From assembly GCF_009914755.1 (NCBI RefSeq), contig NC_060940.1: a stretch of DNA of 64,000 nt, one strand, 5' to 3'. Source of the DNA: the human T2T-CHM13v2.0 reference genome, Homo sapiens. Below are positions 58,988-64,000 of this stretch, in pieces (the stretch's first letter is position 1; each line of letters opens with the position of its first letter). The translations under genes and the position numbers were made by a program. The notes under the pieces are model-generated. The model was not told where the DNA came from, ran no database searches, and saw only the letters and a program-made list of their open reading frames with translations.

Positions 58988-59972
58988 CAGTGACAGGTCA
59001 ACAGTATCCTTAATCTGTCTGAGTGTTCCTCCGCCTGGGGTTGGTGTGGAGCCCCTCACTTTGGGGCAAAGTTAAGGGTCCTGTGTCTTTTAAAAAGTCC
59101 ATTTGGTCAATAACTTTTCATTTAAGGAAGAGAAGATCGAGTTCCAAATTGCTTCCGAGGCTTCAGTTCTGTACCATTTAATGCGTGCAAAGGACATTCC
59201 ATGGTGTCTGCTGGGTTCAGGGCAACTGGCTTTCCCAAGGCATACAAGAAAAGTTGGCAGAAAGTCCTCCCCTTTAAAATTCAAGCCTGAAGGTTTTGTG
59301 TGGGGGCCTACTGCCCCCTAATGTCTTCTGGTGATACTGCAGCACAGTCCATCAAAATAGTTTGTGGTTTTGCCATCTGTTACTCCTTATGCCCACCTGG
59401 AGAGGGGCTAGCATCTTTAGGTGGGACCACCCCTGGCACAACATGGTCTCTGAGGTCCAGATACTCTGAGGGTAGGGGCTGGCTCTCTCTGCCTCCCTAT
59501 CCCCTACAAGAGGGACAGGGAGAGGTAGAACATTGGGATCTTTACTCAGAGGCTCAGATGGACCCTTGATTCTCCCAGGAGTCATACATTGAAGGTACCA
59601 GAGCTTCCATTTTATAAAAGAAAGCAAGCCTGCCGTGGACCTGTCAGCCCCACGATATCTGTCGGCATGGGCCACAGCCAGGACAGACTTAAGGGCTCTC
59701 CAGGTGCCAGTCAAGATGCCTGGCTCAGGCCATCAGGAGCTGGTTAGCCCCATTCCACCCCCAGCCCTGCATGCAGGGTCCAGCCATTGTCTTTGGGGGA
59801 AACAGGCAGAATAAGTGGAGGATGGAGCTGGGGCTTGGGCTCCTCTAGGTACCTTCTGAGAGCTTTGACAAGCCAGAAAGAAGCTACCAGGTTGAGGGTG
59901 CTGGTCTTCTGGACTCAGGAGAGACATGTTCGCCGAGGATATCAGCTGGCTCTTACCTCCTGGCTTTCTCTC

Positions 59973-60062
59973 CTACAAACACACCCATTCCTTGGGGGCT
60001 TGTAACACAGTGCGAGGTGGGTCACCAACAGGCATCAGACTGGTGTAGTCATCAGCGGGTAG
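59973..60062 (-). CDS. ESRP2: ESRP2 exon 15 coding part, LPADDYTSLMPVGDPPRTVLQAPKEWVCL*
   Basis: ttctgtag|CTACCC...TTGTAG; ESRP-family EWVC[IL] terminus. Confidence 0.95.
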   Translation of the reverse strand, partial: LPADDYTSLMPVGDPPRTVLQAPKEWVCL

Positions 60063-60135
60063 CTACAGAAGGGACACAGATTTAGGGCAGAGAGCTCAGC
60101 CAGACCCGCCAGGCCCTCCGGCCACACAATCTCAC

Positions 60136-60301
60136 CTGGTAGGCCTGGAAGACGCTGAGCAGATCCTTCATACCAGCCGTGTATGGGACACCCTGCATGC
60201 GGACCAAGGCTCCTGACTGGGACAACACTGAGGTGGGAGCAGAGGCCAGGGCAGCAGTGGGTGTAGTGAGGTAGCCCACAGTGGTGGGGGAGACTGGGGG
60301 G
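60136..60301 (-). CDS. ESRP2: ESRP2 exon 14
   Basis: 166 nt, AG/GT bounded; [11 protein letters not shown]...[24 protein letters not shown]. Confidence 0.95.
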
Positions 60302-60587
60302 CTAGGGTGGGAGAGACAAGGTTTAGTCATGCATGCCACCTGTGGCCTAGACCGAGACCTGTTTCCCTCCTCCCTTGTTTCTGCCTTGTGCTTAATTCAG
60401 TTCCTCCCTGAAGCCCCAGCCTCTACAGAGTCATTTTCGATCTGTTTTGTAGATGGCATTAGCCAGCTGCCACCTTACTCCCTTGTCATCTCAAGGGAGG
60501 AGTTATCTGGTCCAGAAAGGGGATCGTGACCTTTCCCCAGATTGGGACAGGGAGTGGGACTGTGATATTCTCTTAGCTGCAGGGTAC

Positions 60588-60774
60588 CTTGGGTAGTAGG
60601 CTGTGTAGTTCAGGTAGAGTTGAGTGGCTGGCCCTGGATAGTAGGCAACAGGGGTGGGGGCAGCAGGCACCCTGGCAGCTGGGAGCAGTGCTGAAGAGGG
60701 GTATAGAGCTGCCGTCTCCGTGGGAATGAGCGTTGGGGTGGCTTGGAAGGTGGTGTAGGTAGGTGGTGAGAGGC
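60588..60774 (-). CDS. ESRP2: ESRP2 exon 13
   Basis: 187 nt; [11 protein letters not shown]...[10 protein letters not shown]. Confidence 0.95.
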
Positions 60775-60924
60775 CTAGAGACGGAAGTAGAAAGTGCATG
60801 TGCACGGAGCCCAGCACTGCCCTGGGTGGGGTAGCCAGAAAGGAGTCCCCGCTATAGAAGGTAGGGGCTTACAACAGCCTGGCTACCACAGGCCTCCTCC
60901 TCCCCTAGCCCCTAGGGCACTCAC

Positions 60925-61123
60925 AGGGCAGCTTGCAGGGTGGAGGGGACATGCCACTGCGGCCCAAGGTGCCCCCCATCAGCACTCGGCTCATCTCCTC
61001 TGTGGAACAGGGGACCACCTCCACGTAGCGCTCCTTCATCACCTTCTTATGGCAACGCTGAGCAGCAGCTAGGGCTCGCTCTGCTGATGTCATCTGAATG
61101 AAGGCATCGCCCGATGGCCGGCC
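60925..61123 (-). CDS. ESRP2: ESRP2 exon 12 (end of RRM3, SPPPCKLP)
   Basis: 199 nt; [15 protein letters not shown]...[10 protein letters not shown]...[10 protein letters not shown]. Confidence 0.95.
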
Positions 61124-61228
61124 CTGTGCACACCATCTTGTGAGCAGTTTGTCATGTGTAAGAGTGCCTTACCCCTAACACACACCCCTTCCTATTTATG
61201 TGTTCCCCCTACCAAGCAGTGGCTTCAC

Positions 61229-61441
61229 CTGCTGGTTGAGCACCATGTGTACACCGTGGGGCCGAATGTCAGCTGCTGCCTCCCCCAGAAAGCTCAGGAT
61301 GTCTTCAATGGTGGCCGTGTAGGGCAGGCCTCGGAGGCGTACACAGTCCCTCCCAGTCCCAGGTGCCAGTGGGAAGGGGATGGGCAGCAGTGGGGCAGTC
61401 AGTGTAGGAAGGAGTGGGCCGGATGCATAGCGGTTCAAGAC
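61229..61441 (-). CDS. ESRP2: ESRP2 exon 11 (start of RRM3)
   Basis: 213 nt; VLNRYASG...[22 protein letters not shown]...VLNQQ. Confidence 0.96.
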
Positions 61442-61548
61442 CTAGTAAGGAAGGCAGCAACAGGCTGGTCATGCCAAGTAGGGCAGGGACACAGAGGGCC
61501 GCCCTGGAGTAACAGTACATCTGGGGGTGGGGAGCCCTGGGCGCTCAC

Positions 61549-61850
61549 CTGCTGCACTTCGGCTGCAGTGCTCCGGAAGAGTTCAATGTATCGCTTACCC
61601 AGCATGCCCTTGTGCCTGCGCAGTGCAGCCTGTGCCAGCTCCTCACAAGCAAAGAGGGCGAAGGCATCACCAGTCGGCCGGCCATCAGGATGGCGCACAA
61701 AGAGCAGCCCCTCGGTACCCCCAGTCACTGGGCACTCTGGCCCCAGGAAGCCAAGCACGTCCGTTGGCCCAGCCGAGAAGGGCAGTCCCCGCAGCCGCAG
61801 GATCACTTGGTCTTCCCGTGACAAGAAACGAGCCACCTCTAGTGATGTGC
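61549..61850 (-). CDS. ESRP2: ESRP2 exon 10 (RRM2)
   Basis: 302 nt; [10 protein letters not shown]...[10 protein letters not shown]...[11 protein letters not shown]...[16 protein letters not shown]. Confidence 0.97.
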
Positions 61851-61992
61851 CTGTGTATGAGAGTCGCCTGCTGACTTCACTCATGCTCCTCCAGACACTC
61901 ACCCATGCAGGGGAGCAGGCAGGCAAGGGGTGGTGGGGAAGTGAAATGGATCAAGAACCAGGGGAGCCAGGCCCTGTTTGCAGTATACTCAC

Positions 61993-62035
61993 CCCCTGCA
62001 ATCTTTACAAACTCCTCCCCTGTCGCTTTATACAC
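61993..62035 (-). CDS. ESRP2: ESRP2 exon 9
   Basis: 43 nt; VYKATGEEFVKIAG. Confidence 0.94.
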
Positions 62036-62117
62036 CTGTGGGTACAGAGAGCAGCAGCCCATGGGTCTCAGGCCTGACTCAGATTGGCCCTGCTCCGCTC
62101 CCAGCCCAAAGCCCCAC

Positions 62118-62250
62118 CTCAATATAGCGGACGCCCATGTGGTGCTTGTGTCTCTGCAGCGCTAGGTCCCGCTGCTCGCTGTCCACAAAGCGGATGAGGG
62201 CCTCGCCATTTCTGCGGCCCTGGGCGTTGAGGCAGAGTGCTACACCACCC
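62118..62250 (-). CDS. ESRP2: ESRP2 exon 8 (RRM1)
   Basis: 133 nt; [44 protein letters not shown]. Confidence 0.95.
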
Positions 62251-62323
62251 CTGTGGAGCCAGTGCTGTTAGTGCCTCCTGGGTAGGCCTGTCCAATTGGG
62301 CCCACCCACCCTGCCACACCCAC

Positions 62324-62434
62324 CTGGCCACGTTGAGCCCTTTGAAGAAGCGAGCCACGTCCTGGTCTGATGACTGCCACGGCAACCCACGAGCCCGTAC
62401 CACAGTCTCACTGTCCACCACATCAGCCTTGCTG
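62324..62434 (-). CDS. ESRP2: ESRP2 exon 7 (RRM1 start); an alternative acceptor extends it to 62464
   Basis: 111 nt (141 nt long form); [37 protein letters not shown]. Confidence 0.95.
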
Positions 62435-62507
62435 CTGTAGGGGCAGGGCACAGTGCTGTCAGAGCTATTCAGCTGTTGTCACCCCCAGCCCCTGCTCCCA
62501 CACTCAC

Positions 62508-62562
62508 CAAGGCCCCGTCTCGTATTTCTGCTTTATCACCTCGGGCTTCGAAAACAATTGAC
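62508..62562 (-). CDS. ESRP2: ESRP2 exon 6
   Basis: 55 nt; [19 protein letters not shown]. Confidence 0.94.
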
Positions 62563-62587
62563 CTGAGAAAAGATGGCCTGGGGGTCA

Positions 62588-62962
<375 letters not shown>

Positions 62963-63073
62963 AAATGACAAAGAGGATTCCCCCGTGGTCTCTTAGAGAA
63001 GGTCACAGTGGGGAGGAGCAATAGGCATTTGTCATCCCTGAGAACAGGTGACAGGCAGTGAGGGAAACCTTAC

Positions 63074-63172
63074 TGCTGGGCTCTTTGAGTAGATGGAGGA
63101 TAACAGCTACCATTGTCTTGACTTCCCAGACCCCAAAGTCATCCTCTGTGGCATCTGTCTCCAGTCCTAAAC
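63074..63172 (-). CDS. ESRP2: ESRP2 exon 5
   Basis: 99 nt; [33 protein letters not shown]. Confidence 0.94.
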
Positions 63173-63246
63173 CTATGGGCAGAGAAGTGACAGTGAAGAC
63201 ATCTTAGCATAAGCACTAATCCTGTTTACTCCTGGGCCCAACTCCC
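63173..63246 (-). ncRNA. MIR6773: MIR6773, 5'-tailed mirtron hairpin at the 3' end of ESRP2 intron 4
   Basis: 5p arm UUGGGCCCAGGAGUAAACAGGAU (63241-63219) pairs with 3p arm ACUGUCACUUCUCUGCCCAUAG (63194-63173), which ends at the acceptor AG; name from recall. Confidence 0.85.
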
Positions 63247-63514
63247 CTCCATAGACACATGCTGGAGACCAGCATACACATTTGTTTTGGCCCAGTTCAT
63301 GTGTGCACATACAGATTCCCAGTCCAGACATAGACAGACACATACCCACATTCCAAACTCATCCTAGCACAGACACGAAGACACAGTACACTCAGGGACT
63401 TAGCAGATAACGCAGTCTTGTATGTGTCCATATTACCCACCCACAGCATGCACATACTCAGACACATGTACCCACAGTGGCTTCTCCACCCTAACCCTGC
63501 TGGGTCACAGATAC

Positions 63515-63629
63515 CCTGTGCCATGGTGGCCACAGTGAGGTCCCTGGCAGGGCAGGTGCTTGGATGCTGCATATGGAATTCTCTTCGGAGGTCATAGAAG
63601 GAGAAGAACATGTCGGGGAGCACCAGGTT
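63515..63629 (-). CDS. ESRP2: ESRP2 exon 4
   Basis: 115 nt; [38 protein letters not shown]. Confidence 0.95.
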
Positions 63630-63740
63630 CTGGGGGCACATAGGATTGAGGATGAGCGCCCTGCCCACCCTCAGGACAAGAGGGGTTCTGGGAACCTTAC
63701 TGACCACCCCACCCCACCCGGTTTTCCTTCAGGAGCATAC

Positions 63741-63854
63741 CTTCCTGGAGGCCTCGGGGTGCAGGACCTGTCGCAATAGCTGCTGCCCATCAGTGCAGAG
63801 CATGTAGGGGCCCCCGCCCAGCAAAGCCACATCCCCGTTCACCAGCTGTGAGAA
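63741..63854 (-). CDS. ESRP2: ESRP2 exon 3 (N-terminal DnaQ-like region); exons 1-2 lie beyond the window
   Basis: 114 nt; [38 protein letters not shown]. Confidence 0.95.
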
Positions 63855-64000
63855 CTGGGGATAGGGAATGGGGAGAGAGAAACACACAGATTCACAGCTG
63901 GGCAGGCAGGAAGTGAGGGTAGGAGGAAGGAGGCAGGCTGCAAAGCTGGTTCAGCCAGATGTTCAGCCCTATCCTGCCTGGGAATAAGAGGCCACGCCTG

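Larger units (their letters stand above)
56220..59007 (+). other. NFATC3: NFATC3 3'UTR (end approximate)
   Basis: Largely repeat-free sequence after the stop; AATAAA at 56777, 58311 and 58982; distal signal is followed by a GT-rich tract. Confidence 0.8.

Noticed and set aside
61154-62077. 307-aa plus-strand ORF
   Set aside because: Antisense shadow of GC-rich ESRP2 exons 9-11; no recognisable domain or promoter evidence

Overview
Human (primate) genomic DNA, recognised from the encoded proteins as the NFATC3/ESRP2 locus (chr16q22.1). The + strand carries the 3' half of NFATC3: exons encoding the end of the Rel-homology/IPT domain, a 1008-nt exon, two alternative C-terminal cassette exons, and the last exon with a ~2.8-kb 3'UTR. 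The - strand carries ESRP2 exons 3-15, convergent with NFATC3, with the mirtron MIR6773 in one intron. The NFATC3 introns are very Alu-dense. They also hold L1 fragments, a MER52 solo LTR, Tigger/MER8 and MADE1 relics, an RPS12 processed pseudogene and a retroposed SNORA48 H/ACA snoRNA copy. There is no prokaryotic-type system, and nearly all short ORFs in the track derive from Alu, L1 or LTR sequence. Best leads: (1) three alternative NFATC3 C-termini share an xxF[IT]S[DN] motif and the two cassette exons share a near-identical 3' end; (2) the SNORA48 copy is sense-oriented with intact boxes; (3) several short, locally templated insertions; (4) a candidate ESRP2 3'UTR intron and antisense read-through across the NFATC3 last exon; (5) the 43-nt ESRP2 intron. 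Exon numbers, full-length protein sizes and repeat family names rely on recall, not a database search.
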